The notes: generated by a model from the letters alone, not told the origin. DNA of 39,594 nucleotides from Candidatus Micrarchaeaceae archaeon (GCA_038881385.1 JAVZPV010000001.1:1-39594); one strand, 5' to 3'; shown: positions 17,571 to 26,878, numbered from the stretch's first letter. Numbers and translations: made by a program.

Positions 17571-18692
17571 CTATTCAAGCTCCAGTGTTACTTTTTTCTC
17601 TTTAAGGTCAAGTCCTTTTATTTTTAATTCCTTGAACCTTTCCCTCACTTCTTCGTAAGTTGCCTTCTTGTTTCTGCCCATGTATTCAATAAGCTCATTC
17701 AGCTCATGCATATGCGCGAATATAATGTTTCCTGCCTTCTGGAATTCCTCAGCTTCCGCCCTATGCGAAGCTGCAAGCTCCTCCTGCTTCTTTATGCTGG
17801 CACTTAGCTCCTCAAGCTTTTTTGCACGGAGCTCTTCGTGCACGGTTTCCCTCTCTATTCTGTAAAGGCTGTCGAACATCTGGCTAATGCTTCTGTATCC
17901 TGATTTTTCATAGCCATCTTTTTCATATTTTGCTATAGGGCACAAAGCAAAGTCTATGGCCTTACCGTTCATGCTGTAAATCCTTGGGCTTGGCCTCGAA
18001 TTTACCTCTGCAACCATTGAATGTATGGCTTCAGCAAGCCTCAGTGCGTCTTCATCCCCTTTCAAAGCGGCTTTTGTATCTATTCCTGCCTGGCTGAAGG
18101 CGTTTTCCATATAGAGCGGTCCGATGTCTATGTATTTTAGTGCCTCCGGGATTGGCTTTGGCTTTCCTTTTACCGCTTTTATAGATTCTGCAATTTCGCC
18201 TATTTCTGCATCCCAAACGCCTATAGCCTGCGACCTTGGGAATAGGTATTTGCTATTTGGCTTTAACTCGCGGTCTTTGAATGACATTTGGGAGTAGCAC
18301 TGCTCTATAACCAATTCCCTGTTAGCAAGTATTACGTTTCCCTTCCCGAACATCTCTATTATAAGATTCTGCACATTCCCTGCTGAGAGTATCTCAATAA
18401 CAATTACCCTGTCTGTTCCATGCTGCTCAAAAGACAGGATCTTGCCGCCCTCTACCCTTTTTCTTACTCCCAACGCAAACTGGGATGGTTCGCCAGCACT
18501 TTCGGAAAGTTCAGTCTCGTTTAGTGTGTGAAGCAACTTGCAGTATACTGGCACCTGGTTTCCGTCTTTGTAGAATCCTAGCCTGAATGATTTGTTTCCA
18601 AGGTCGTAGAACTTCCGTAGGAATCCTCCCACAATCTTGGGCTTCAGTTCGTTCACAAGCGCATGTATCTCTATAGATGCGATCTCGCGCAC
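17571..18692 (-). CDS. NFACT-N (FbpA/Rqc2-like) domain protein, short form
   Basis: N-terminus REIASIEIHALVNELKPKIVGGFLRKFYDLGNKSFRLGF, then a coiled-coil C-terminus. It has 373 aa, whereas my recollection is that typical archaeal NFACT proteins are nearly twice that. I see no NFACT-R-like region. GTG start. Confidence 0.65.
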   Translation of the reverse strand: MREIASIEIHALVNELKPKIVGGFLRKFYDLGNKSFRLGFYKDGNQVPVYCKLLHTLNETELSESAGEPSQFALGVRKRVEGGKILSFEQHGTDRVIVIEILSAGNVQNLIIEMFGKGNVILANRELVIEQCYSQMSFKDRELKPNSKYLFPRSQAIGVWDAEIGEIAESIKAVKGKPKPIPEALKYIDIGPLYMENAFSQAGIDTKAALKGDEDALRLAEAIHSMVAEVNSRPSPRIYSMNGKAIDFALCPIAKYEKDGYEKSGYRSISQMFDSLYRIERETVHEELRAKKLEELSASIKKQEELAASHRAEAEEFQKAGNIIFAHMHELNELIEYMGRNKKATYEEVRERFKELKIKGLDLKEKKVTLELE

Positions 18693-18696
18693 TCTA

Positions 18697-19488
18697 TCAC
18701 TTGCCCTGAAGCTTACGCCTTCCCTCTTCCTTTATTATGCTTGAGAAGGCCTCGATCATTTTCTTTGCGCTTCCTATATTCTCGAGTGCTGTACCTATCT
18801 GGACCCCGTCAGCACCGCTTCTGAGGGTGCTTACAAGCGTTTCCTTATTCCGTATTCCGCCTGCAACTATGTAAGGCACGGTTATTGTGCTTTTCACTGC
18901 TCTTATCATCTCCGAAGGAACGGGGCCACCTCCCTGAAGCTGCGGATTTGATCCTACGTCAGTGATTATAAACCTGTTGCCTAGGTATTCGCCAGCAAGC
19001 GCAAGAGATGCGGCTATAGCCGGCTTTTCCCTTGGAACAAGATTTACATCGCCTACCCAGCCAACAGTGCCGCCTGGCGAAACGACTATATAGCCTATTG
19101 AGAGCGGCTCGATCCCCATCTGTTTTATTATAGGAGCGGAGAGCATCTGCGCCTGGGTTATCCAATAAGGATTCCTCGCATTAAGAAGGCTCATGAAATA
19201 AACTGCATCAGCATACTTTGAGATAGTAGCTATATTGCCTGGAAATAAAACGACAGGCACGTCTGCCCCGTCTTTAATGCCTTTAGTTACGTAATCTAGG
19301 AGTTCTCCCTGCGCACCTATGCTTCCGCCTATAAGTATTATGTCAGAACCGGAATTGGCGGCCTCGATTCCTGTCTTCATTGCATCATCAGGACTCCTGT
19401 AATCTACAGGGTCTATCAATGCCATCATTACTGCGCCTTTATCTTCCAGCCTTTCGTTTATGTATCTTTCCACTTTGCCAATTTTCAT
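18697..19488 (-). CDS. geranylgeranylglyceryl phosphate synthase (PcrB/GGGPS family)
   Basis: ALIDPVDY...IILIGGS...VVLFPGN...YADAVYFMSLLNARNPYWI...VAGGIRN are the GGGPS TIM-barrel motifs. Overlaps the upstream gene in an ATGA junction. Confidence 0.8.
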   Translation of the reverse strand: MKIGKVERYINERLEDKGAVMMALIDPVDYRSPDDAMKTGIEAANSGSDIILIGGSIGAQGELLDYVTKGIKDGADVPVVLFPGNIATISKYADAVYFMSLLNARNPYWITQAQMLSAPIIKQMGIEPLSIGYIVVSPGGTVGWVGDVNLVPREKPAIAASLALAGEYLGNRFIITDVGSNPQLQGGGPVPSEMIRAVKSTITVPYIVAGGIRNKETLVSTLRSGADGVQIGTALENIGSAKKMIEAFSSIIKEEGRRKLQGK

Positions 19489-20459
19489 AGGATCGACCTT
19501 GTGGCATGGTGCTTCTCTGCCTCATTAAATGCAGCTATAAGCTCCTGTGTTCCCTTTCTTATGTTAACTTTAGGCTTGTACCCAAGTTCTTTTGCCGCTT
19601 TTGAGATGTCGAGCTTGCGGTTGCTCGTAAGGAAACGCAGTTCATCGCTGTCTATATTTCTTGACCTTGCCATAACATTAAGCAAAAGCTCATTTATCTG
19701 CTTTGTGGGCTTTGGCACCCCCAGCATCTCTGCAGAAAGGTCCATAAGCTGCTTGAGTGTATGGTCTTCACCGTCTGAGAAGTGGTATACCCTTCCTTCT
19801 GCTGCTTTGCTTTGAAGTGAAAGGAGGAATGCCTGTGCCACATCAGCAACGTGTATCAGTGAAAGATTATTGTCTCCACGCCCTACAACATACGCCTTTC
19901 CTGCCTTAATTAGCCTTAGTATCTTGAAAAATGAATGCTCAAGGCCTGGACCATATGCAGTAGCAAGGCGCAGAATCGTGTACTTGACCTCGTCGCTTTC
20001 TTCCTTTACCACCTGCTCGGCAAGCATTTTGCTATATCCGTATTTGTCGGTGGGTTTTAGCTCCGATTCTTCAGTTAGCCTTTCCTTTCTTGCCCTGCCG
20101 TACACGTCAATTGTGCTTGTGAAAAGGAATCTTTTTACGCCGCATTCTGCACAAACATCGAGAAGGTTCCTTGTTCCAACCACATTGGTTTTGAGTATCT
20201 GCTCAGTCGTGTATTTATACTCGCTCACTATAGCTGCGAAGTGCATAACCGCATCCGCTCCGTCACACGCCTTCTCAAGCTGTTTCTTGTCAACTATATC
20301 GCCAAGGAATGGAACTGTGCCTGGTGGAAGCATAAGCGAGCGCTCCTTGCTTTTTACAAGAGCGTGGACAACATAGCCTTCTTCGACAAGCCTGGCTGAC
20401 ATAAACCTGCCCAGCTTGCCGCTTGCACCGGTAACCAGTATTGTCTTATCCATGAACAT
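19485..20459 (-). CDS. NAD-dependent epimerase/dehydratase (extended SDR)
   Basis: ILVTGASGKLGRFMSARLVEEGY Rossmann motif and YGYSK catalytic motif. ATG at 20459 overlaps the upstream TGA. Confidence 0.8.
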   Translation of the reverse strand: MFMDKTILVTGASGKLGRFMSARLVEEGYVVHALVKSKERSLMLPPGTVPFLGDIVDKKQLEKACDGADAVMHFAAIVSEYKYTTEQILKTNVVGTRNLLDVCAECGVKRFLFTSTIDVYGRARKERLTEESELKPTDKYGYSKMLAEQVVKEESDEVKYTILRLATAYGPGLEHSFFKILRLIKAGKAYVVGRGDNNLSLIHVADVAQAFLLSLQSKAAEGRVYHFSDGEDHTLKQLMDLSAEMLGVPKPTKQINELLLNVMARSRNIDSDELRFLTSNRKLDISKAAKELGYKPKVNIRKGTQELIAAFNEAEKHHATRSIL

Positions 20460-21301
20460 CACATAGTATTCTTTTCGTCAGCCTCGGTAAGGAACTTTGC
20501 TGCAAGGAATCTCATGTATCCTTCTGGAACGTTGTTAATTGCGTACGCCTGCCAGTCTTTTCCGAAAGGGAGGTAAACGCTTGCCCTGGTACCCCGCTCT
20601 GCAAGGCTTTTTATCTTCTTGCTATTTTCTCCAAATCTAAACTCTATTACAGCTGTTTTCCCACGCCCGCCGTTGAGCACTTTTTTGATTACTGAGTCTG
20701 GAGGCGAGAGCATTACAGTATTTGAAAGGTTCATTCCTGCAAGCTGTTTTGCAAATTCATCTGCTCCGGCAACTTCCAGGTCAGATTTAGAAAAGATAAT
20801 TTTGAGAGACTTTATGTGCTTGTGAGCTGTTACGGTTTTTAACATTCCGGCTGCATGTGTCGCTATGCCGAAACCTCTCGCACTGTCAAACTGGGTTGAG
20901 TCAAACGAATAGCCTTGCGGTATTTCAGCCCATACGAACACGCCATATTTATTTCCGACTTTTATTATTTCGCCAAGATTCTCTAGCATCGTATTCTCGT
21001 CCATTCCTAAGCCAAGCTGGCTGAGGGGCACCTGTATGCTGGCCTTAAGGCCCAGCCTGGATATCTGTCGTATTAGCTCGAGATAAGTAGTTGTTGCGTA
21101 TTTTGCCTTCTGCCTTGTCGCAACGCTGTTGCTCAAGAAGGTTATCGAAACGTGAAGGTTTTTACTGTTCAGGTCTTTGGCCTTGTCCAAGGCTGAACTC
21201 ATTGTTGTGCCGGACACGTGCCTTTTGACAAGCTTATAAAGGATTCTTTCTATAAAAGAATCATCATTCAATTTATCACTTTTCTGGGCTTTATGACGCA
21301 A
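20459..21301 (-). CDS. proline-dehydrogenase-like TIM-barrel protein (divergent)
   Basis: The layout VSGTTMSSALDKAKDLNSKNLHVSITFLS...IQVPLSQLGL...VWAEI...FRFGE...VYLPFGKDWQAY resembles the PutA/PRODH family pattern. The apparent start is TTG. The assignment is weak. Confidence 0.4.
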   Translation of the reverse strand: MRHKAQKSDKLNDDSFIERILYKLVKRHVSGTTMSSALDKAKDLNSKNLHVSITFLSNSVATRQKAKYATTTYLELIRQISRLGLKASIQVPLSQLGLGMDENTMLENLGEIIKVGNKYGVFVWAEIPQGYSFDSTQFDSARGFGIATHAAGMLKTVTAHKHIKSLKIIFSKSDLEVAGADEFAKQLAGMNLSNTVMLSPPDSVIKKVLNGGRGKTAVIEFRFGENSKKIKSLAERGTRASVYLPFGKDWQAYAINNVPEGYMRFLAAKFLTEADEKNTM

Positions 21302-21358
21302 TATCTATGCTGAGCAATGTATTATATATTGAGTTGCAAAGCTTAAATATCGAGAAGT

Positions 21359-22606
21359 ATGCTGAACCTTTCTAGGGCTGAGGGTACAGGAGGCACGGTA
21401 AAGTCAGGCCCCAGCGCATTTATAGTAAAGGAGATAACCTCCAATGGCATTGTCTTAGAGCCAGGCAGGCATTACACACCAGAGGAGCTAGGAGAAAAGC
21501 CGTCCCCTGAAGGAAAGTTTACAAGATTTGTCCTGCAAAAAGAGGGTTGGAATACAGTACAGTCGCTTGTTGCGATTGCAAAGAAAGCCGGCCGCGGCAA
21601 AAAATCAATAGGATATGCTGGCGTTAAAGATAGGACCTCTATATCTGTACAACTTGCAAGCATATTTGGCACAAACCCTGAACAGATTCTGGCATTAAGG
21701 ATGAAGGACATTTCTATAAACGGCGCATGGAAATGCAGCAGTCCCGTAGAGATGGGGAGCAACATAGGGAACTCTTTTGAGGTAATAATAGAAAATGTAA
21801 GCAGGCCAAGAAACGCCCAAAAGGTAATCGAAGAGCTTGGCGGCAGGGTGCCTAATTATTTTGACAGGCAGAGGTTTGGTAGCCGCCTCAATAATGCAGA
21901 CATAGGGATAGCTATACTTAAGGGCGATTTTGAAAAGGCTGCAATGCTAATGCTTACTTATACAGGGGGAGAGACAAATGGCTTTGCAGTAAGCGCAAGG
22001 AGCAGGCTAAGAGATGAAATGGATTTCAAGGCTGCGCTCTCATACTTCCCCGCATACCTTAAAGATGAGTTATATCTGATCAGGCACCTCTCTAAGTACA
22101 AGGGAGATTTTGCTGGGGCAATGAGGCGGCTTCCAAGGGGGGTCTTGCTCATGTATATACATGCCGTCCAATCCTTATTATTCAATATGGAAGTGGAGGA
22201 AAGGATTAAGAATAACGATTTTGAATCTGGGATTTCATGCGGCGGGAATAGGTATGGATTCCCAGACATTGGTGCTATTTCAGAAGGTAGCAGCGGCTTC
22301 CAGGCAATACCTTTGGTAGGTTATGAAACAAAAGACAGATGCATAAGCGAGTATGGAAAAAAATCCATGGATCGGATTGGAATTGCAAAAGAGCTATTCA
22401 TGATAAAGGGCATGCCTGAGTTAAGCATGAAAGGCTCATATAGGACCATTTTTGCGCCTTTCAAGGATCTTTCTGTAAGTGAAGGTGAAGGCGTTATAAA
22501 ACTTTCATTTTCGATACCGTCAGGTACATACGCTACGGTCCTGATAAATGAGATAACGAAATCAGATAACTTTAGCCTAGGCGGCCTTTTCCATAACCTT
22601 GATTAG
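21359..22606 (+). CDS. truD: tRNA pseudouridine synthase TruD/Pus7 family
   Basis: FIVKEI...FVLQKEGWNTVQSLVAIAKKAG...IGYAGVKDRTSISVQ...NYFDRQRFG. The catalytic Asp lies in the GxKD motif. Confidence 0.85.
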   Translation: MLNLSRAEGTGGTVKSGPSAFIVKEITSNGIVLEPGRHYTPEELGEKPSPEGKFTRFVLQKEGWNTVQSLVAIAKKAGRGKKSIGYAGVKDRTSISVQLASIFGTNPEQILALRMKDISINGAWKCSSPVEMGSNIGNSFEVIIENVSRPRNAQKVIEELGGRVPNYFDRQRFGSRLNNADIGIAILKGDFEKAAMLMLTYTGGETNGFAVSARSRLRDEMDFKAALSYFPAYLKDELYLIRHLSKYKGDFAGAMRRLPRGVLLMYIHAVQSLLFNMEVEERIKNNDFESGISCGGNRYGFPDIGAISEGSSGFQAIPLVGYETKDRCISEYGKKSMDRIGIAKELFMIKGMPELSMKGSYRTIFAPFKDLSVSEGEGVIKLSFSIPSGTYATVLINEITKSDNFSLGGLFHNLD

Positions 22607-22729
22607 GCTAGCTCTCGCTTCAGGTAGTGGGCTTCCCTGCCTGTGCACAATAGGTTAGATAATGCCTTTGGTGTAACAATCCGGATTTTATAAATTGGAA
22701 TTATGTAAGAAGGCAAACACGTAGACAGT

Positions 22730-22829
22730 CGCCGGGGTAGGGATTTGAACCCTAACTTCCTTGCGGAAACCAGATCTCGAGTATCGCCTGCATAGCAACT
22801 GGCGCGTTACCGGATTCCGCCACCCCGGC
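22730..22829 (-). tRNA. tRNA-Ser (anticodon GCU), type II, with an 18-nt intron at 37/38
   Basis: Minus-strand read: acceptor GCCGGGG/CCCCGGC, 3-bp D stem, anticodon stem GCCAG/CTGGT, loop TTGCTA[TGCAGGCGATACTCGAGA]T, long variable arm TTCC-GCAA-GGAA, T arm TAGGG-TTCAAAT-CCCTA, discriminator G. Intron at about 22775-22792. Confidence 0.8.
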
Positions 22830-22979
22830 ATTGGCTACTTATTATTGCACCACACATTTATTATGCTGCTGCAATAGCTTGAGGCAATAGCTACTTTTAC
22901 TTTATGCCGTTTGGCCAAAAGGCTCGTGTTGATTGAGTAGTGGCTGAATATTATAGAATTTGGATTTTTTGAGCCTATT

Positions 22980-22997
22980 GTGTATCGGATGATACAC
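22980..22997. promoter_or_regulatory. inverted repeat GTGTATC-GGAT-GATACAC abutting a TATA-like box
   Basis: Read directly. TTATATG at 22998-23004 lies about 25 bp upstream of ATG 23027 of the ACT-domain gene. Confidence 0.4.
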
Positions 22998-23026
22998 TTA
23001 TATGCTTTAACTTAATTGTTTAATTT

Positions 23027-23620
23027 ATGAGCGTCTCGGATACCGTTCGGGTGTACCTTAAGAATAAGCCGTATACTTTGGAGGCTTTGGAATCCGGAAT
23101 AGTTAATTTCAGCGCGCTTGCAAGGCTTATACAAAAGGAGCTTGGAATAAGGAATTACCAGGCAATAAAGGCAGCAATAAGGAGGTACTCAGAGCACATT
23201 AAATCAGTAAAAGGGAACATAGAGGCAAACGCGCTACGCGTACTCAAGGAGAACAGGATAGCTTTGCTCGACGGCGTACACGTTATAGTGGCTGACAGGG
23301 AACTTGAGATAGAAAACGACGCAAAGGTAAAGACAGACCAGTATTATGTTTACCTTACAAGAAAGTACTCTCCAGGCGAAATAGGAAAAAAATCGAAAGG
23401 AAGTATAATCAAGGTGAATAGCAATTGCGCAACGCTTACCATATACTCAGGTGAAAACCTTGAGAGCGGGCCTGGCGTTATAGCCTTCCTTACCTCACTT
23501 CTTGCCGAACAGAACATAAACGTAATCGAGCTGATTTCATGCTATACCGAGACCATAATAGTGGTAAACAGGGAGGATGCACTAAGAAGCTACGAGTTGC
23601 TATCTGGAATAATAAAATAG
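23027..23620 (+). CDS. ACT-domain regulatory protein (N-terminal HTH-like segment plus C-terminal ACT)
   Basis: The C-terminus PGVIAFLTSLLAEQNINVIELISCYTETIIVVNREDALRSYELL is ACT-like. The N-terminus FSALARLIQKELGIRNYQAIKAAIRRY is HTH-like. Confidence 0.55.
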   Translation: MSVSDTVRVYLKNKPYTLEALESGIVNFSALARLIQKELGIRNYQAIKAAIRRYSEHIKSVKGNIEANALRVLKENRIALLDGVHVIVADRELEIENDAKVKTDQYYVYLTRKYSPGEIGKKSKGSIIKVNSNCATLTIYSGENLESGPGVIAFLTSLLAEQNINVIELISCYTETIIVVNREDALRSYELLSGIIK

Positions 23621-23713
23621 CTGAATAACTGCTAGGCACTGGCTTTTCCAAACAGTTTAATTATAATTTAGGCAATGCTGCATGCGTATTAGGGCTTACC
23701 GTTTTTGCAGCAA

Positions 23714-25621
23714 TTACATATATTCAACAGTTTCTATGCCAAGGAGCAGCAGCATGTTTCTAATTGTTTGCATAGTAGCTGACACGAGTGACAGCCTAAT
23801 GGACCTTGCTTCTCCGCCCTTTATAACCTGCATATTCTCATAAAACTTGCTGAACAACGAGGAAAGTTCAAGCAAATAGTCTACTAGCAGGTTTGGCCTG
23901 TAGTCATTGCAAGCTTTCTCAACAATTTCAGGAGCCTTCCCGAGTGCCTTTAGCAGCTCGAAATCGGCGCCTGAGCCCATCTGCTTATAGTCATCGCTAT
24001 CCAGTCTGATCGGGCTGCTTCCAGCCTTTTCGATTATCCTTCTTGCCCTGGCGTAAGTGTACATGCAGTAAGGGGCACTGCTGCCCTCAAAATTCAAAGC
24101 CTTTTCCCACGAGAATATGACAGGCTTCTCAGGAGCTATGCGCAGAAACTCAAATTTTATCGAACCCAGCGCAACAGATTTTGCTATCTCTTCGGATTTC
24201 TCAGTATTTTCTATCTTTTTGCTCTTTTTTACTATTTCTAGGGCTTTCTTGTTTACCTCTGCAAGCAGCGAGTCTGCTGTGAAGCTTCGACCCTCTTCCC
24301 CCATCCAGCCGCCTTCCCTGCCGCTCAGAGAGCCCCCTTCAACGCTTACTTCGCCGTATGCGAGGTGCACTATATTGTTTGATATTTCCTTATATCCAGA
24401 AAGGCTGAAGGCAAGCCTAAGTATTAGCTGTGCATATTTCTGCGATGCCCCTATTATGTTTACAACAGTAGCTGCCTTGCCGAACGATGCATGCACACCC
24501 TCTGGTGAGGTCGTATACAATGGCTTACCGTTTGGCTGTTTTTCCATAAATTGCTTATATTTAAAATTGTCTTCTATAATGCCAAATTTCCACATGTGGA
24601 AGGCTATGTCCTTTGCTACGTATGTGGCAGTCCCATTGCTCCTTATGAGCACCTTCGTCTCCTCAGACGGATTCTTGAATTCATTAGCAAAATCCTTTGA
24701 ATTCTCAAGGGGTAACGTAATGCACCCGGCGTATTTGCCGCTGGACGGCCTTTCTATGGCTTTCCTTGAATCGAGCATTGCGATTGACTTCTCAAGCAGT
24801 TTTGCAGAAAGTATGTCGCTCTCCCAGACAAGCAGGTCATGGGATATCCTATACTCTGAGCCGGTCTCGTACTGGGCCCTAACGCAACTTTCTGCAAGCT
24901 TCCTTGCCTCCCTTGCCTCAGTTGTTGCAGGGTCCTCCATCTTTCTATTCAATTCCTTTATCTCCTCGAAAATGGCTTTGTCCTGCCCGATCTTCTTATT
25001 CACAAGCACATATTGCTCGCCAAGCCAATGGTCAAGCTTGCCTTCAGGGGCGTTTCCAAGATTTTGCATTCCCCACAGTGATTCGGCGACCTGCAGGCCT
25101 AGATCATCTATGTAATCAGTCCTCTCTACATTGTAGCCGTTAGCAAGAAGCAGGTTTGAAACAGCGTCGCATAGCAGGGCGTTCCTGAGGTGGCCTATGT
25201 GCCAAGGCTTGTTAGGGTTCACGCTTGGGCCCTCAACCATCACCTTTCTGCCGCTTCCTGAAGAGTTGAATCCGTAGAGCTCCCTGAGCCCAGATATTGC
25301 ATCAAGCACTATCTTTGCATATTCGGGCCCGCTGATCTTGGCATTTATGTACCCGAATGCCTCGCTTATTTCGTTTATGAGAAGCCCTTTAGTTGAGGCT
25401 GATACTATATTTTTGGCAACATCTGCGGGCCGCATCCTGAGCTGCCTGGCAACTCCGAATGACAGTGAGGAACTCAGGTCGCCAAAGCCTGGCTTAGCCT
25501 CCGCTATTGAAGACATAACCTGTTCTTTTTTTATATCGACACTTGGATATGCTTTCTTTATAGCTTCGCAGATTATGTAGCAGAATTCCTCCTTTGCGCG
25601 CATTATCGGATTTTGCTGCAT
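23714..25621 (-). CDS. argS: arginine--tRNA ligase
   Basis: HIGH motif PWHIGHLRNALLCDAV, a class I core, and a DALR-type anticodon-binding C-terminus ending in M. ATG at 25621 lies 1 nt after the upstream TAA (the ORF track starts at TTG 25648). Confidence 0.9.
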   Translation of the reverse strand: MQQNPIMRAKEEFCYIICEAIKKAYPSVDIKKEQVMSSIAEAKPGFGDLSSSLSFGVARQLRMRPADVAKNIVSASTKGLLINEISEAFGYINAKISGPEYAKIVLDAISGLRELYGFNSSGSGRKVMVEGPSVNPNKPWHIGHLRNALLCDAVSNLLLANGYNVERTDYIDDLGLQVAESLWGMQNLGNAPEGKLDHWLGEQYVLVNKKIGQDKAIFEEIKELNRKMEDPATTEAREARKLAESCVRAQYETGSEYRISHDLLVWESDILSAKLLEKSIAMLDSRKAIERPSSGKYAGCITLPLENSKDFANEFKNPSEETKVLIRSNGTATYVAKDIAFHMWKFGIIEDNFKYKQFMEKQPNGKPLYTTSPEGVHASFGKAATVVNIIGASQKYAQLILRLAFSLSGYKEISNNIVHLAYGEVSVEGGSLSGREGGWMGEEGRSFTADSLLAEVNKKALEIVKKSKKIENTEKSEEIAKSVALGSIKFEFLRIAPEKPVIFSWEKALNFEGSSAPYCMYTYARARRIIEKAGSSPIRLDSDDYKQMGSGADFELLKALGKAPEIVEKACNDYRPNLLVDYLLELSSLFSKFYENMQVIKGGEARSIRLSLVSATMQTIRNMLLLLGIETVEYM

Positions 25622-25622
25622 G

Positions 25623-26873
25623 TTATCCACTGCTGAGGTACCTACCAAGAGCTATGGAAAGCCTTTTTCCGCTGCCAGGCATGGCATACACACGGGCTTC
25701 ATATAGCGTTTTGCTGCCTATCATGTTTAATACCAGGCCTTTGCTCTCTGTTATTGGCTTCTGCTTTCCGTTCACATTTACATATACATTAGTCTTGTCC
25801 TCTATAAGGCTCAGGGGCCTCATTATGGCAGGAAATATTTCTTCTTCACTTAAGCCTGCTGCTTCAGCAAGAGACGCCCTTTCCGTTTCGCTTTCAAGTT
25901 TTTTAATTAATGATACATCCTTTGGTATCTTCCCCCTGCTAGAAGGCTGCGGGTTTTGATATATGCATTCAAGTGGCTCGCGCCCGAGGAACAATCTTAT
26001 TAGCCTTTTTGTAAACTGGTCCGTTCCGGATTTAAGGTAATCTTGCATTGATGAAAGCACCATATTGTCTGTATATCCTGCAAGTACATACTCGTCTTGC
26101 TCTTTTACCAGGTCCTTCGGATGCGGCAGATAACCTTCAACAGCAAGATTCTCGAATATCTTTTCGAACATCAAGCTGAAAGAGGTAACGGTCTTATGCT
26201 GGTACACGGCCCTATACATGTGATATCTACCAATAAGGAAGTCCTCGGCAGCAATCTCGTCCTTTTCGAAAAGGATCCCGTTTTTAGTGTAGGATATCGT
26301 GCGTATGAGCCTCTGTATGCTTACCCTCCCATAAGGAACTCCTGTGTTATATGAATCCCTAATAAGGTAATCTGCCTTGTCTGCGTCCAATGCTGAAGAT
26401 ATAAGTACGCTTGTTCCGGCTTTTCCAGAGAATAGAGCTGAGATTTCTGAAGGCTTGTATGTCTCAATCCTATCTGCCATGAAATTTTTAACCAGGTGTG
26501 CCCCAAACTCCTCGTGGCTCATTCCGCCAAGCTTGAGTATTGCTTTTTCTGCAGTGTGCGAGTAAGGTGCATGGCCCAGATCATGAAGCAGGGCTGCTAT
26601 TCGGAGTTTTTCAAGATCATATCCTCCAGCGGCTGCGCCGCCTGCAGATTTCTTCAATGCGCTGAAAAACTGGCTTGTTAGGTGCATTGTGCCTATCGAA
26701 TGTGCAAACCTTGTGTGTGTTGCGCCAGGATATACATAATATGCAGGTCCAAGCTGCTTTATCTGGTGCAGCCTTTGGAATATGGGTGTGTCTATAAGCT
26801 TTAGCTCCTGCCTGGTAAGGCTCACGCTGCCGTATATGCTGTCATTTATCCTTTTTTCAGCGCTCAAATGCAT
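25623..26873 (-). CDS. HD-domain metal-dependent phosphohydrolase (dNTPase/SAMHD1-like family)
   Basis: IYGSVSL...IDTPIFQRLHQIKQLG...THTRFAHSIGT...LLHDLGHAPYSH...DADKADYLIRDSY. ATG at 26873 or GTG at 26882. Confidence 0.8.
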   Translation of the reverse strand: MHLSAEKRINDSIYGSVSLTRQELKLIDTPIFQRLHQIKQLGPAYYVYPGATHTRFAHSIGTMHLTSQFFSALKKSAGGAAAGGYDLEKLRIAALLHDLGHAPYSHTAEKAILKLGGMSHEEFGAHLVKNFMADRIETYKPSEISALFSGKAGTSVLISSALDADKADYLIRDSYNTGVPYGRVSIQRLIRTISYTKNGILFEKDEIAAEDFLIGRYHMYRAVYQHKTVTSFSLMFEKIFENLAVEGYLPHPKDLVKEQDEYVLAGYTDNMVLSSMQDYLKSGTDQFTKRLIRLFLGREPLECIYQNPQPSSRGKIPKDVSLIKKLESETERASLAEAAGLSEEEIFPAIMRPLSLIEDKTNVYVNVNGKQKPITESKGLVLNMIGSKTLYEARVYAMPGSGKRLSIALGRYLSSG

Positions 26874-26878
26874 AAGGA

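Noticed and set aside
24117-25115. 332-aa plus-strand ORF inside argS, and similar long antisense ORFs (19870..20376, 27961..28500, 30124..30504, 33009..33557, 35244..35624, 37986..38390, 38633..39043)
   Set aside because: Each lies fully inside a gene with clear family motifs on the other strand. All give Ser/Leu/Phe/Cys-rich products without recognisable domains.
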